In this document: positions 29,783 to 41,024 of the stretch, in pieces
How the letters are laid out: each line of letters opens with the position of its first letter
How positions within the stretch are numbered: position 1 is the stretch's first letter
Assembly (NCBI GenBank): GCA_963823555.1
Contig: CAWGMA010000003.1
Coordinates: 416,001-480,000, forward strand
Reading direction: 5' to 3'
DNA: 64,000 nt
DNA from: Candidatus Eiseniibacteriota bacterium
GTDB taxonomy: Bacteria > Eisenbacteria > RBG-16-71-46 > CAVPCR01
The notes under the pieces: generated by a model
What the model saw: only the letters and a program-made list of their open reading frames with translations
Told to the model about the DNA's origin: nothing
Database searches by the model: none
Program-made: the position numbers and the translations under genes

Positions 29783-30247
29783 TCACGTCTTCAAGCGCGC
29801 CGATCCGGGCTCCTCGAAGGCGAGGATGGCGGCGCGCTGCGCCTCGCTCAAGGGTTTCGACCTCTCGGCGGCGTAATCGTACATGACCTGGACGCTCTCG
29901 GCGCGCACCGCCAGGCGATCCCCGGCATAGAGCTCGTACGCGAAGCGGAAGCTCCTCTTGCCGATCTCGTTCACCCGGATCCATACCGTGCACTCGTGCT
30001 GCACCTTCACCGGCGCCACGAAGTCGATCTCGACGCGGGCCAGGATGAAATCAACTTCATTGTAGGATGGGATGGCGAACAGGCGGTCCCAGTAGGCGGT
30101 CCGCGCTATCTCGAGATAGGTCAGGTAGACGGCGTTGTTGACGTGCCCCATGGCGTCGGTGTCGCGGAACCGCACCTGCACGGGGGTCGAGAAGCGGAAC
30201 GGCGGGCGCGGCGGCAGGGCCGTTGATGGCTTGTGGACGGGTGTCAT
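29783..30247 (-). CDS. Acyl-CoA thioesterase (4HBT family)
   Basis: VRFRDTDAMGHVNNAVYLTYLEIAR. Confidence 0.9.
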   Translation of the reverse strand: MTPVHKPSTALPPRPPFRFSTPVQVRFRDTDAMGHVNNAVYLTYLEIARTAYWDRLFAIPSYNEVDFILARVEIDFVAPVKVQHECTVWIRVNEIGKRSFRFAYELYAGDRLAVRAESVQVMYDYAAERSKPLSEAQRAAILAFEEPGSARLKT

Positions 30248-30376
30248 GAGCGTAAAATAGGCGATTCGCGCTTTGCGGGCCAACGGGATCTTCGCCGGCG
30301 CCGGACTCACGCTTCCGGCGCTCGTTGCGCCCCAGGACAGGATGGCCCCCGCACCAGGGGCCGCTGGGAGGACGGG

Positions 30377-31384
30377 ATGGAATATCGAAAGCTCGGTTCG
30401 GCCGGGGCCAAGGTGAGCGTCATCGGCCTCGGCACCTGGATCACGTTCGCGAAGCAGGTCGATGACAAGACCGCCGCCGCTCTGGTCGGCCGCGCCCTCG
30501 ATCTCGGCATCCAGTTCATCGACACCGCCGATGTCTACGCCAGCGGAGCCGCCGAGGAGATGCTCGGCCGCGCCCTCGCCAAGCATCGCCGGTCGGACAT
30601 CTTTCTCGCCACCAAGGTGTACGGGGAGATGGGCACCGGTCCCAACGACCGCGGGCTCTCGCGCAAGCACATCGTCGAGGCGTGCGAGGCCTCGCTCCGC
30701 CGGCTCAAGACCGAGTACATCGATCTCTATCAGTGCCACCGCCACGATCCCGATACCCCCCTCGGGGAAGTGATCGCGGCCATGGACACGCTCGTGCGCC
30801 AGGGCAAGATCTTCTACTGGGGCGTGAGCCAGTGGTCCGCGGTCCAGATCGCCGAGTGCGTGCATCTGGCCCGCGCCCGCAACATGGCCCAGCCCGTCTC
30901 GAATCAGCCCATCTACAACCTGATGAACCGCAGTCTCGAGGTCGATGTCATGCGCACCTGCGAGGACCTGGGACTCGGCATCGTCTGCTACTCGCCTCTC
31001 GCCCAGGGCATCTTGACTGCCAAGTACTCGGGCGGGAAGGTGCCGCGCGGAAGTCGTGCCGCCGACAAGGAAGCCTCGATGTTCATGCAGCGGCGGATGA
31101 CCGAGGAGAACTTCTCGCGCGCTGATCGCCTGGCCCGGATCGCCGCCGGCATGGGCATCACCGCGGCCCAGCTCGCCCTCGCCTGGTGCCTGCGCCTCCC
31201 GGCCATGTCGAGCGCCATCATCGGCGCCCGCACCGTGAAGCAGCTCGAGGAGAACGCCGGAGCGGCCGGCGTCACCTTGCCGGCGGAGGTCGAGGCCGAG
31301 ATCGAGGAGATCTTCCAGAGCGCACCGCGCGACCAGTACACCGGGCAGCGGGTCGGCTATGGCCATGAGCCCACGGGGTGGTAG
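30377..31384 (+). CDS. Aldo/keto reductase
   Basis: MEYRKLG..DTADVY..ATK..SLRRLKTEYIDLYQCH..YSPLAQG. Confidence 0.93.
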   Translation: MEYRKLGSAGAKVSVIGLGTWITFAKQVDDKTAAALVGRALDLGIQFIDTADVYASGAAEEMLGRALAKHRRSDIFLATKVYGEMGTGPNDRGLSRKHIVEACEASLRRLKTEYIDLYQCHRHDPDTPLGEVIAAMDTLVRQGKIFYWGVSQWSAVQIAECVHLARARNMAQPVSNQPIYNLMNRSLEVDVMRTCEDLGLGIVCYSPLAQGILTAKYSGGKVPRGSRAADKEASMFMQRRMTEENFSRADRLARIAAGMGITAAQLALAWCLRLPAMSSAIIGARTVKQLEENAGAAGVTLPAEVEAEIEEIFQSAPRDQYTGQRVGYGHEPTGW

Positions 31385-31431
31385 CCGGCCACCCGCGGGC
31401 CGGGTCCTGGGCGCCGGGTCGGGAAGGGGGG

Positions 31432-31507
31432 TGGTAGCGGCGGAGGGACTTGAACCCCCGACACGCGGATTATGATTCCGCTGCTCTACCAGCTGAGCTA
31501 CGCCGCC
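31432..31507 (-). tRNA. tRNA-Met (CAT), elongator-like
   Basis: 76 nt cloverleaf GGCGGCGTAGCTCAG...anticodon CAT...GGTTCAAGTCC...ACCA. Confidence 0.93.
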
Positions 31508-31641
31508 ACCGAGACTGAAGCGCCGGCAAGGTTATCACAGGTCCGGGCGGGGAGGCAGGCCCCGGCCACCTCCCCGGCTCGGTGCCGGCCCGGGCCGGCG
31601 GGTCCCACGGGCCCCGGCCCTCCAGGGTGGGCGGGCCTACC

Positions 31642-31670
31642 TTGACAATCGGGAGGGGGATCCTTAGATT
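31642..31670 (+). promoter_or_regulatory. Sigma70 promoter
   Basis: TTGACA-N17-TAGATT. Confidence 0.7.
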
Positions 31671-31738
31671 CAGTCATTCCCAATTCCCCCACCGTTATGC
31701 GCGACCTCGAAGCCTCTCACCGTAAAGGAGCCGGTCTC

Positions 31739-32764
31739 ATGGGAAAGGGGGCGGGCAGCCGCCTGCTGCAAGTGGTGGTTGCCGCCGGCCTCGCTCTGGG
31801 CCTCGCGGGCCAGGTGCGGGCGGCGGATCTGACGGGCCGGTTGGGACTGGGTGGCAGCATCGGCAGCTCCCTTCTTATCGGCGACTACGATTACCGTAAG
31901 CACGCGCGTCCGCGCCTCACCCTCGACGCGCTCTTCAAGTACGGCTTCCGGCCGCGGTGGGCTCTCGTCGGGCAGTTCGGGTACGGGTGGAACTCCTACG
32001 CCTACGAGGAGAGCTGGCTCTCCTCCCCGGACTACGCCGACCTCCGCGAGAGCCAGGGACTCAACGCCGACGGCGTCGAGAAGCTGACGGTCATGTATCC
32101 GTTCACCGGAGGGGTCGAGTACCGCTTCGGCAAGGAGACCTGGGTGCCCTACGTCGGCGCGGGCGGTGGGGTCTACATGATCGACCTCTTCCACGACCGG
32201 CGAGTGGCCGTCGACTACCGCACGCTGGCCAAGCACCGCACCTACAACCTCGGTTTCTACGGGCGGGCCGGCGTCGAGCAGTTCCTCAGCGATGCGGTGG
32301 CCATGGACTACGAGATTCTCGGCCATGTCGTCTTCTCCGAGGACCGGGAGAAGTTCCCCTATCCGAGGGGCAACGATCTCGAGGTCTACGGCTCGGATTT
32401 CCTCCCACACGGCGGCGATCTCCAGTTCATCCAGATGCGGATCGGCCTGCGCTACTACTGGGGCCAGGAAGAAGCGGAGGAGATCGAGGCCATCGAAGAG
32501 GTCACTCCCGAGGCGGTCACACCGGACGTCATCACGCCCGCGCCGGTAACGCCGGAGGCGGCGACTCCCGAGGTGATCACTCCGGACGTCATCACGCCGG
32601 CGCCGGTAACGCCGGAGGCGGCGACTCCCGAGGTGATCACACCGGACGTCATCACGCCCGCGCCGGTAGTGCCGGAGGCGGCGACTCCCGAGGTGATCAC
32701 GCCGGATGTCATCACGCCCGAGCCGACACCGCCCACCGAACCGGCACCTGAAGAAGATCCCTAG
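31739..32764 (+). CDS. Outer-membrane beta-barrel protein with C-terminal Pro/Thr/Glu repeat tail
   Basis: AAGGAG RBS, signal peptide, [16 protein letters not shown], then repeats. Confidence 0.8.
   Translation: MGKGAGSRLLQVVVAAGLALGLAGQVRAADLTGRLGLGGSIGSSLLIGDYDYRKHARPRLTLDALFKYGFRPRWALVGQFGYGWNSYAYEESWLSSPDYADLRESQGLNADGVEKLTVMYPFTGGVEYRFGKETWVPYVGAGGGVYMIDLFHDRRVAVDYRTLAKHRTYNLGFYGRAGVEQFLSDAVAMDYEILGHVVFSEDREKFPYPRGNDLEVYGSDFLPHGGDLQFIQMRIGLRYYWGQEEAEEIEAIEEVTPEAVTPDVITPAPVTPEAATPEVITPDVITPAPVTPEAATPEVITPDVITPAPVVPEAATPEVITPDVITPEPTPPTEPAPEEDP
32504..32720 (+). repeat. 60 bp coding tandem repeat (~3.6 copies; [20 protein letters not shown])
   Basis: Near-identical 60-mers visible in consecutive lines. 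Confidence 0.92.
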
Positions 32765-32800
32765 CGGGTGCGCCCCGCAGGGCGAGTCGAGGAAAGGATC

Positions 32801-34438
32801 ATGAGCAGCGAACACCAGGGCGAACCATCTCGAATCGCCACTGTGCAGCGGCCCGCTGCGCCACCGGTCGCGGGAAAGTCGGCCGCCACGAACCCCGCGC
32901 CGGACTCGCCGCCGGCCGCCGCGGAGCCCGGCGGATCCGTGGGGATGCCAGCGATCCGCGTCACGCCCGTGCCGCCGCTCATGAGCCGCTTCGTCGGGGA
33001 AGCGCTCACCTTCGACGATGTGCTCCTCGTCCCCAACCACTCCGCGATCCTGCCTTCCCAGGTCGATACGCGCACGCTTCTCTCACGTCGCATCGAGCTC
33101 CGCATTCCGCTCCTCTCGGCGGCGATGGACACGGTGACCGAATCGGGCCTGGCCATCGCGATCGCGCGCGAAGGCGGCATCGGGATCGTGCACAAGAACA
33201 TGTCCATCGACAATCAGGCCCACGAGGTGGACAAGGTCAAGCGCTCCGAGAGCGGGATGATCGTCGATCCGATCACGCTGGTGCCCGAGGCCCCCGTGAG
33301 CGAGGCGCTGCGCCTGATGGCGCATTTCAAGATCTCGGGCGTGCCGATCACCCGCGAGGGCCGGCTGGTCGGCATCCTCACCAACCGCGATCTGCGCTTC
33401 GTCGATGACAAGAGCCAGCCGGTGTCGAAGCTGATGACGAAGGAGAATCTGATCACGGTTCCGGTGGGGACGACGCTCGACAAGGCGCGTGTCATGCTGC
33501 AGCAGAATCGCATCGAGAAGCTCCTTGTCGTGGACGACGAGTACCAGCTCAAGGGCCTCATCACCTTCAAGGACATCCAGAAGCAGATCGAACATCCGGA
33601 TGCGTGCAAGGATGAGCTCGGTCGCCTCAGGGTCGGCGCCGCGGTCGGCGTCGGACCCGATATGGAGCAGCGCGCCGCCGCCCTCGTCGAGGCCGGAGCC
33701 GACGTGCTGGTCATCGATTCAGCGCACGGGCATTCGGCCAATGTGATGAACGTCGTGCGTAGCCTCAGGCGCGCGTATCCCGACGTCGATCTCATCGCCG
33801 GCAACATCGCCACCGCGGAAGCGGCACGCGCCTTCGTCGACCTCGATGTCGACGCCATCAAGGTCGGGATCGGACCGGGTTCGACCTGCACCACGCGCGT
33901 GGTCGCCGGCATCGGCGTGCCCCAGCTGACGGCGATCTCCGACGTGGTCCAGGTGGCCGCTCCGGCCGGCATCCCCGTGGTCTCGGACGGCGGCATCAAG
34001 TACTCGGGCGATGTCGTGAAGGCGCTCGCCGCCGGAGCCAGTTCGGTCATGATCGGCAACCTCTTCGCCGGTACCGAGGAGAGCCCGGGCGAATCCGTGC
34101 TCTACGAGGGCCGCAGCTACAAGGTTTATCGCGGCATGGGCTCGGTCGGAGCCATGAAGCGCGGCAGCAGCGACCGCTACAGCCAGGCCGGGGTGGATGA
34201 AGGGAAGCTCGTGGCCGAGGGCATCGAGGGTCGCGTGCCGCATCGCGGCCCGCTCGCCCGCACCATCTATCAGCTCATCGGCGGGCTGCGCTCGGGGATG
34301 GGCTACTGCGGTGCGGCGACGATCGAGGAGCTCCGCACCCGCACCCGCTTCGTGCGCATCACGCTCGCCGGTCTCCGCGAGAGCCATCCCCACGACGTCA
34401 CGATCACCCACGAAGCGCCGAACTACCGCTCGAGCTAG
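32801..34438 (+). CDS. guaB: IMP dehydrogenase (conserved core from ~32981)
   Basis: [22 protein letters not shown] pair, [24 protein letters not shown]. Confidence 0.96.
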   Translation: MSSEHQGEPSRIATVQRPAAPPVAGKSAATNPAPDSPPAAAEPGGSVGMPAIRVTPVPPLMSRFVGEALTFDDVLLVPNHSAILPSQVDTRTLLSRRIELRIPLLSAAMDTVTESGLAIAIAREGGIGIVHKNMSIDNQAHEVDKVKRSESGMIVDPITLVPEAPVSEALRLMAHFKISGVPITREGRLVGILTNRDLRFVDDKSQPVSKLMTKENLITVPVGTTLDKARVMLQQNRIEKLLVVDDEYQLKGLITFKDIQKQIEHPDACKDELGRLRVGAAVGVGPDMEQRAAALVEAGADVLVIDSAHGHSANVMNVVRSLRRAYPDVDLIAGNIATAEAARAFVDLDVDAIKVGIGPGSTCTTRVVAGIGVPQLTAISDVVQVAAPAGIPVVSDGGIKYSGDVVKALAAGASSVMIGNLFAGTEESPGESVLYEGRSYKVYRGMGSVGAMKRGSSDRYSQAGVDEGKLVAEGIEGRVPHRGPLARTIYQLIGGLRSGMGYCGAATIEELRTRTRFVRITLAGLRESHPHDVTITHEAPNYRSS

Positions 34439-34562
34439 ATCCGGCCGCGAGAACCTGAAACCTGGCTCCTGGGACTCCCAGTAGATATAGTAAAGCCGAT
34501 GGCGACGCCCGGCGCCGCATGGCGCGCCGTCGCTCGTAAGCTCCCGCCTCGGGAGGTGTTCC

Positions 34563-34925
34563 ATGGTCGAGTTGCTCTTGCTGGTCGGGTTCGCGAGCTT
34601 GGTCGTTTTCCTCCTGGCCGCGGCCATCGGGATCAAGCTCCTGGCCGCCGTCTTCGCCGCCGCCTTCCTGGGTCTGGTTCTGTTGCCGCTCCGACTCGCA
34701 GGCTGGATCCTGGTCCTGCCCTTGAAGATCCTGGGCGCGGTCCTGGGTCTCCTGTTGCTCGTCCTGGCTGCCCCTCTGTTCATCGCCGGGACCATCGCCA
34801 CCGTGGTTGCCGGCGCCGTGCTCGGCGCCATCGCCCTCGTTCCCGCTCTCGTTCTCGCCTTGCCGGTCCTTGCGCTCTGTCTCCTCGTCAAGGGCGGCGG
34901 GCACCCCAGGACTCCGGCGACCTGA
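34563..34925 (+). CDS. Hydrophobic membrane protein
   Basis: GGAGGT RBS; almost entirely hydrophobic. Confidence 0.65.
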   Translation: MVELLLLVGFASLVVFLLAAAIGIKLLAAVFAAAFLGLVLLPLRLAGWILVLPLKILGAVLGLLLLVLAAPLFIAGTIATVVAGAVLGAIALVPALVLALPVLALCLLVKGGGHPRTPAT

Positions 34926-34969
34926 TCTTGCTCCGCCTGCCGTGGCGCCGGAGCGCGGCGCACTCCGCG

Positions 34970-35710
34970 TTGCCCACTTCCGCTCCGGGCCCGAGCCACC
35001 TCGGGCTCTCCGACGATCCGTTCGTCTTTCCCGGCCCGGCAGGAAGCGATGCCTGCCTCCTCATCCATGGGTCCACCGGAACCGCCGGCGACATGCGGTT
35101 CCTCGGGGAGTTCCTCCATGAGCAGGGCTACGCGATCGAGGGTGTCGCCTTGCCCGGGCACAGGCGACGGCCGAGCGAGCTCGATGGAGTCGATTGGCGG
35201 GCCTGCTACCGGGCTGTGAACCAGAGCTGGCGCGATCTCGGCGCGCGCCATGAGCGCGTGCACGTGATCGGATTCTCATTCGGCGCGGCTCTCGCCATTC
35301 ATCTCGCCGCCCGCGAGGACGTGACGAGCCTCGTCCTGCTCGCGCCCGCGCTCTTCGTCCACATGCGGCCGCGCGCGCTCATGAATCTTACCGTCACCTC
35401 GGGACAGGGCATCCCGTTTGCCACCTATGTGCGCTGGTACGCGGGCCTGGCTCGGTTCTTCCGGCTCGTGCGCCAGGATCTGACGCACGTTCGCTGTCCG
35501 CTGATCGCCATCCATGCGCGTGACGACGACACGGTGCGCGTCGAGAGTTCGCTCGAGATCTACAAGCGAGTGACCACGGGAGACCGGCAGCTCCTGGTGC
35601 TCGAGCGCGGCGGGCATCTGTTGCCGAACGGCATCGCGCGCGAGAAGATCAGCCTGGAGATCGAACGTTATCTCAGGCGATTGAACGGGCAGTCGGGCGG
35701 GGCGAGCTAG
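34970..35710 (+). CDS. Alpha/beta hydrolase (carboxylesterase-like); start uncertain
   Basis: LLIHG, LPGH, GFSFG nucleophile elbow, D and H downstream. Confidence 0.85.
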   Translation: MPTSAPGPSHLGLSDDPFVFPGPAGSDACLLIHGSTGTAGDMRFLGEFLHEQGYAIEGVALPGHRRRPSELDGVDWRACYRAVNQSWRDLGARHERVHVIGFSFGAALAIHLAAREDVTSLVLLAPALFVHMRPRALMNLTVTSGQGIPFATYVRWYAGLARFFRLVRQDLTHVRCPLIAIHARDDDTVRVESSLEIYKRVTTGDRQLLVLERGGHLLPNGIAREKISLEIERYLRRLNGQSGGAS

Positions 35711-36540
35711 AGGCCGGATCCCGAGGCCGGCGCGGCGTGGTCGATGGCGTCACCGCCCGAGGTCCCCACCGCCGGCAGGTCGAAACGGGTGATGTCGACG
35801 CGGAAGCCGGGCTTGAGCGCCTCCAGGTCGGCAGCGAGGCGGGCCACGCGAGCCCGGGATTCCTGGCTTCCCGTGCTCCGGTACTCCGAGATCGCATCGA
35901 GCAGGTGGTCCTTCTTCTCGGCGAAGGTGGTTTCCTCGAGATCGTGGTTCACGATTCGCTCGAGCACGAACGCCTCGCCTTGCGCCAGGCGCGCGAGCAG
36001 ATCTTCCTTCTGCTCTCCCCGCATGTGGGCCAGGATGCGCGCATAGCGGTCGAAGCCCAGCGACAGTTTCTCGAGAACTTCCCCGATCACCGCGTTCGAG
36101 CGGTGCAAGCGCTGGCTGTACGAATAGGCGAAGTGGTAGTAGGACTTGCCACGCCCGATGTAGCCTTCCTCGATCGGCTCCTGCTTGACGCGGCCGCGGC
36201 GGAGCGGCGCGCTGGCAAAGGTGCAGGCCGATACCAGAAGGAAGTCCGCCGGTGTGCGCAACACTCGGTACCGAACATGGGCGAGTTCCGATCGCCGCAG
36301 CCGCTTGAAGACCTCGCCATCGTACTTGGAGAGGAAGCGGCGGGTGCGATCGAACGAGCTCGGATCCGAGAACGTCGCGAGCAGCTGCTCGAGGTAGACG
36401 TCCACATCCTGGATGTAGTTGTCTGGTTCGCTGAGCCAGCCGACCTGCGTGCGCGAGCAGAGCAGGCAGTTCATCGTAAAGAAGTAGCTCGGCTGCTCGA
36501 TGCGGTTCGTGCTCTTGGATTCCAGCTGTCTTGGATTCAC
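35707..36540 (-). CDS. Hypothetical protein
   Basis: 277 aa ORF with coding-like composition. Confidence 0.65.
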   Translation of the reverse strand: MNPRQLESKSTNRIEQPSYFFTMNCLLCSRTQVGWLSEPDNYIQDVDVYLEQLLATFSDPSSFDRTRRFLSKYDGEVFKRLRRSELAHVRYRVLRTPADFLLVSACTFASAPLRRGRVKQEPIEEGYIGRGKSYYHFAYSYSQRLHRSNAVIGEVLEKLSLGFDRYARILAHMRGEQKEDLLARLAQGEAFVLERIVNHDLEETTFAEKKDHLLDAISEYRSTGSQESRARVARLAADLEALKPGFRVDITRFDLPAVGTSGGDAIDHAAPASGSGL

Positions 36541-37100
36541 CTGGCGGTCCTCTTGGCTCGCGGCGCCCCCTGGATCGCAATGCCGCCGGCGACGGTGCGC
36601 AGCGGCGGCGGAGTGATCGCATCCTGTCCGGTGCGTCCCTCGTCATGCCCAGGTGAGCAACGGGCATGCCACGGCCGAGGTCGCGACGACCCGCATCGCG
36701 ACAGTCGCGGCAGCGATGGTGCGACTCATCCATCTGACTTCATCGCAGGGGGTTGCGAGTGCGAGTGTGGGACACAAGAACGCGCCGCCGGCGCGGCACC
36801 GCCGGCGACTCGCGATGAGGCGGTTCAGGCGGGGGAAGGGTCCGACCAGGGGTGGATCCGTAGTTGCCGGCCGCTTGCGAGCGGTGCAAACCGCAGAGGA
36901 TCCGCGCGTCCGGTGGGCCATGAGGCGCGGCGTGGAGCGCGACTTGGCCCAACCTGGAGTGGTCGCGCCGCGAGCCCGGTCGCTGCAGGCACCATCCTGA
37001 TCTGGTACGCTTGACGGGTCATGCTCCCGTGTGATCCGCGTCTCCTTCACCATGGAATGCAGAAACGGTGCGATCAGCCGGCAGCCTGGACCGGACGCCG

Positions 37101-38171
37101 ATGAGCCGGCTCCCTCCCATCATCCTCGGTGCGCTCGTTGCCTGTGGCTTCAGTATCTTGATTGCGCGCGTGATTCTCTCTCGACGCTTGCGCCAGCGTG
37201 AGGCGCTTCTCGGCGAGATCGCCGATCTGGTGGCGGCCGCGACCAACGGGGCCTCAGGCAGCGCCCTGCTCGCCAGCGGCTATCTCAAGGACGAGATCTC
37301 TCAGGTGATCGCCGCCTATCGTGAGACACGAGAGCTTGCGGCTCGTGTCGCCGAGCTCGAGGTGGAGCTGGCGGCGGTCCGGGTCCAGCTCCCCATGGAG
37401 GAGATCGAGGAAGCGAGGACCGAGGAGCCGGATCTCATCCTCGACCAGGCAAGACGGCTGACCGAGTCGAGCTTCCTCGCCGGTTCCGATGCGCTCGTGC
37501 GCGTCCGGGCCGCCGTCAAGAACCTCCAGGACTGGCGGTTGCGGCTCGTGGCGAACGAGGAGCAGAGGACCGGGCCGGAGCCGATCACGGCTCGGCCCGA
37601 CGCAGGACCGGGCTCCAGCTCGGGCGCCGCCTCGAACGCCGCTCCTGGTGAGATGGATGGCGATGCCCCGCCCGTCGCCGCGGTGTTCTCCGCGCTCTCG
37701 ATGGAGATTGCCGAGCTAGCCGCCCAGGCCAAGGGTCTCAAGCCGCTGGCCGACGCCACCGAGGCCATTGCCGGTCTCCGTCCCAGGGGGGTGGGTGCGG
37801 GCCAGGGCGACCCCGCTTCTGTCCCGGGATGGAATGTTCCGGCCCAGGTTCTCTCCTCCCGCCGGCTCCTCCTCCTCACCGCTCTCAAACTAAGGGGCCT
37901 GGCTGCCGAAATAGAGACCGGGCTCGTGGGTGTCAGCGCTGAGCTGCGCGTGCTCGGCACGGTGCCGGCGAGCAAGCTGCTGCAGAACGGCAGACGTCGT
38001 CAGCCGGCGCGGGTGAAGACCGATCCCGCCTTCGTGCGCGCCCTGTCCCGGCTCGAAACCCAGCTCTCGGAGGTGGCTCATGACATCGCCAGTCTCACGC
38101 GCGATGCCGAACACCTCTCCCGCGAGCTGGGTCGGGTGCGATCGGCGCCCAACGGCCGGCATACCCCCTGA
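37101..38171 (+). CDS. Membrane-anchored coiled-coil hypothetical protein
   Basis: N-terminal TM helix, helical composition. Confidence 0.55.
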   Translation: MSRLPPIILGALVACGFSILIARVILSRRLRQREALLGEIADLVAAATNGASGSALLASGYLKDEISQVIAAYRETRELAARVAELEVELAAVRVQLPMEEIEEARTEEPDLILDQARRLTESSFLAGSDALVRVRAAVKNLQDWRLRLVANEEQRTGPEPITARPDAGPGSSSGAASNAAPGEMDGDAPPVAAVFSALSMEIAELAAQAKGLKPLADATEAIAGLRPRGVGAGQGDPASVPGWNVPAQVLSSRRLLLLTALKLRGLAAEIETGLVGVSAELRVLGTVPASKLLQNGRRRQPARVKTDPAFVRALSRLETQLSEVAHDIASLTRDAEHLSRELGRVRSAPNGRHTP

Positions 38172-38273
38172 CCTGCGGGGAAGCGCGCGCTCGATCTTCC
38201 TTCGCGCGCGGCCAGAGCCATCGGCCCGGGCTCCCTCCCGGGCGGCTCCCATCATGACGAGCGGGGACCTCGG

Positions 38274-39890
38274 ATGACCGCTCCGCCAGACGAAGACGCA
38301 GCGGTGGTTCCGGTACCGGTGCCGCTTCCATCCCTGCTCGTCGTCGACGACCAGTCCGACACGCTCGAGGTGCTTCGTGTCACCCTCGAGAGCGAGGGCT
38401 ATCAGGTTCGCTGCGTCGAGAGCGGGGAAGAAGCGCTGGCCTCGGCCCAGGCCGAGGTTCCGGCGCTCGTCATCCTCGACGTGCACCTGCCGGGAGTCGA
38501 TGGCTTCGAGGTCTGCCGCACGCTCAAGCAACGCGAAGCAACGGCGGCTGTTCCCATCATCATGATCTCGGCTGACGCCGAGGAGGAAGCGCGGGTCCGG
38601 GGTCTCGATGCCGGCGCCGCCGAGTTCCTGGCCAAGCCGTTCTACCCGCGTGAGCTCCTGGCCAAGGTCTATCGCTGTCTCAAGTCGGCCGAGGAACAGG
38701 ATCGCCTCACCAAGCGCACGACCGCCCTCGAGGAAGAGGCCGAGCGCCAGCGGCTGAACCTCGACCTCACCGAACGGCGGTTGAAGAAGCAGGTCTACTC
38801 GACCCAGACCTTGATGAGCATGGTCCATGAGCTGGCCGGCTCCCTCAAGCCCGATCAGCTCATCAACACCTTCATGCTCATGGTGCTTGGTCAGCTCGGG
38901 GCGTCGTCGGTCTGTCTCCTGCTGCCGGCGGAGAACAGCGAGAGCGTGTTGCTCCCGCAGGCTGCGAAGGGTCTGCGCGGTGGCGTTCTCAGCAATACCT
39001 GCATCAGCGTCACGGACGAGCTGGGGCGCTATCTGCGCGAGCGCAACCGCCCGGCCGAGATCGAATGGTTGCTACGGCGTCCGGGGCTCCGCCGCTCGCT
39101 CGAACCGTTCCGGGCCGCCGGACTGCATATCGTCGATCCGGTGGTGATGAAGGGGCAGATCGTGCTTGTCGTTCTCCTCGGGGAGCGGGTGAACGGCCAT
39201 CCCTACGAGCGCGCCGATCTCGAGCTGCTGGCGAGCCTCAGTCGCACGGCGGGGGTGGCGCTCGAGAACGCCAAGCTCTTCCGCGAGCTGCAGGAAACCT
39301 GCCTCGGCATGATCCGCACGCTGCTCTCGACGCTCGAGGCGAAGGACACCTACACCCGCGGCCATACCGAACGGGTCGCCATGTACTCGGTGGCGATCGC
39401 CGAGGAGATCGGGGTGGAGGGCGAGGAGCTCGAGAACATCCGGATCGGAGCCAACCTGCATGACATCGGGAAGCTCGGCATCATGGACAAGGTGCTCAAC
39501 AAGCCGGCGGCGCTCGATCGTGAGGAGCGCGCTCACATCATGAGTCATCCGGCGCGCGGCGCCGCCATTCTCGAGGGCATCCGCTTCTTCGAGCCGGCGG
39601 TCGACATGGTGCGGCACCACCATGAGTACATCGACGGCACCGGCTATCCCGACGGGCTTGCCGGGGAGGAGATCTCGCTCGGCGCCCGCATCGTGGCCGT
39701 TGCCGACGCCTTCGATGCCATGACCTCCGGGCGGGTCTACATGCAGGCGATGGCGGTGCAGGGCGCCATCGATTCGCTCAAGAAGCGCTCCGGCAAGCAA
39801 TACGACCTCGAGGTCGTCGAGGCCCTGGGACGCGTGATCAACAAGGGGGTTGTGATGCTCGGAGCGGCCGAGCTGCCCCCGGCGGCCTGA
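38274..39890 (+). CDS. Response regulator with REC, GAF-like and HD-GYP domains
   Basis: VVDD..LDVHLPG.DG..KPF; YTRGHTERV, LHDIGK, HHE.IDGTGYP, ADAFDAMTS. Confidence 0.92.
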   Translation: MTAPPDEDAAVVPVPVPLPSLLVVDDQSDTLEVLRVTLESEGYQVRCVESGEEALASAQAEVPALVILDVHLPGVDGFEVCRTLKQREATAAVPIIMISADAEEEARVRGLDAGAAEFLAKPFYPRELLAKVYRCLKSAEEQDRLTKRTTALEEEAERQRLNLDLTERRLKKQVYSTQTLMSMVHELAGSLKPDQLINTFMLMVLGQLGASSVCLLLPAENSESVLLPQAAKGLRGGVLSNTCISVTDELGRYLRERNRPAEIEWLLRRPGLRRSLEPFRAAGLHIVDPVVMKGQIVLVVLLGERVNGHPYERADLELLASLSRTAGVALENAKLFRELQETCLGMIRTLLSTLEAKDTYTRGHTERVAMYSVAIAEEIGVEGEELENIRIGANLHDIGKLGIMDKVLNKPAALDREERAHIMSHPARGAAILEGIRFFEPAVDMVRHHHEYIDGTGYPDGLAGEEISLGARIVAVADAFDAMTSGRVYMQAMAVQGAIDSLKKRSGKQYDLEVVEALGRVINKGVVMLGAAELPPAA

Positions 39891-40623
39891 TCCCGCGCCG
39901 GGTCGGGGGTCGCGAAATCCAGGGGGAATCCGTGACCACGAAGCGCCACGGCTTCTCGCGCCAGGGACCGGCGTAATCCACTCCGATTCGCTCGGTGGTC
40001 ATGATGTGGCGCGGCCGGCGCCCGGCCTCGAGGAAGAGATCCGATCCGAGAAGGCTCGTCCCCGAGAGCCGGCGATCGATCGCCAGCGCCTGGCAGAGCT
40101 TCCCGGGGCCCGAAAGGAGAGAGCGGAAGATCGGGCCCGGGTTCCGGCTCGCGGCGGACAGGAGAGGGGTGAGATCGGTTCCGGCCGCGCCTTCTCTGCG
40201 GCGCCCGCCATGGTCCGCTCCTGGTCCCCCGCCGCGCCGCCGCACTTCGGCCTCGAGCTTGGGCCCGAGCCGGCGGTGGGTCGCCATCTCGAGGATGCCC
40301 TCGGTCGGTTCGAGCGCCCGGATCAGGACCGCCGCCGGAAACTCGACCGCTTCGCTCACCACGTTGAGGCAGTGGTGCATGCCATAGACAAGGTAGACAT
40401 AGGCATGTCCCGGTGGGCCGTACATCACCTCGGTTCGCGCCGTCCTCCCGGCCGCGGCGTGACAGGCGAGATCCTCCTCGCCGATGTAGGCCTCGGTCTC
40501 GACGATGATTCCGCCCAGCCTCCGGCCGGCCACCTGGCGTACGAGCTGCTGGCCGATCAAGGAACGCGCCAGCGTCAAGGTCGGCCTGGCGAAGAAGCGC
40601 AGGTCGAGACGGGAGCCGGTCAT
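39838..40623 (-). CDS. mpg: DNA-3-methyladenine glycosylase (MPG/AAG family)
   Basis: IVETEAY, YVYLVYGMHHCLN, AVLIRALEP, GPGKLCQAL, RIGV, PWRF. Confidence 0.92.
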   Translation of the reverse strand: MTGSRLDLRFFARPTLTLARSLIGQQLVRQVAGRRLGGIIVETEAYIGEEDLACHAAAGRTARTEVMYGPPGHAYVYLVYGMHHCLNVVSEAVEFPAAVLIRALEPTEGILEMATHRRLGPKLEAEVRRRGGGPGADHGGRRREGAAGTDLTPLLSAASRNPGPIFRSLLSGPGKLCQALAIDRRLSGTSLLGSDLFLEAGRRPRHIMTTERIGVDYAGPWREKPWRFVVTDSPWISRPPTRRGIRPPGAARPLRASQPPC

Positions 40624-40989
40624 GGCAGGTGTCACCTTGGTGAGCGAGACGGTCATCCAGGTTGTCGGCGCGCAGATGCATCGAACTCTTCCTGACAGCG
40701 GCGTCTTCACGTTAACCGATGCACGGGCTCCCTCATAGACCGCGGGAGACGTGCCGAGAGAGCCGGCATCGCTGGCAGGAACGGAATGTGCAAAAGGAGT
40801 CGTGCGGCCGGAGGCGGGAGTCCCGAGCCCTTCTTGGTCGCCCGGGGCCGAGGCTCCCGTGCTCCGGCCGCATCTCCTCCTGGCCGGTGTCCCGCAGGCC
40901 GCACGACTCGGAGCTCCCGGCCCCCGGCAGCTCACGCGGTCCCGAGACGTGCTTCGCCACGCACGCCCGAGAGGAGGAAAGAACGCCTG

Positions 40990-41018
40990 TTGACAGCTTG
41001 GTGATTTGGCCATATTCT
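40990..41018 (+). promoter_or_regulatory. Promoter of arsR operon with putative operator
   Basis: TTGACA-N17-TATTCT; TTGGCCATAT at 41006 recurs at 41372. Confidence 0.6.
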
Positions 41019-41024
41019 CATGTC

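Noticed and set aside
31432..31507. tRNA as an integration site for an island
   Set aside because: No duplicated tRNA 3' end and no adjacent integrase
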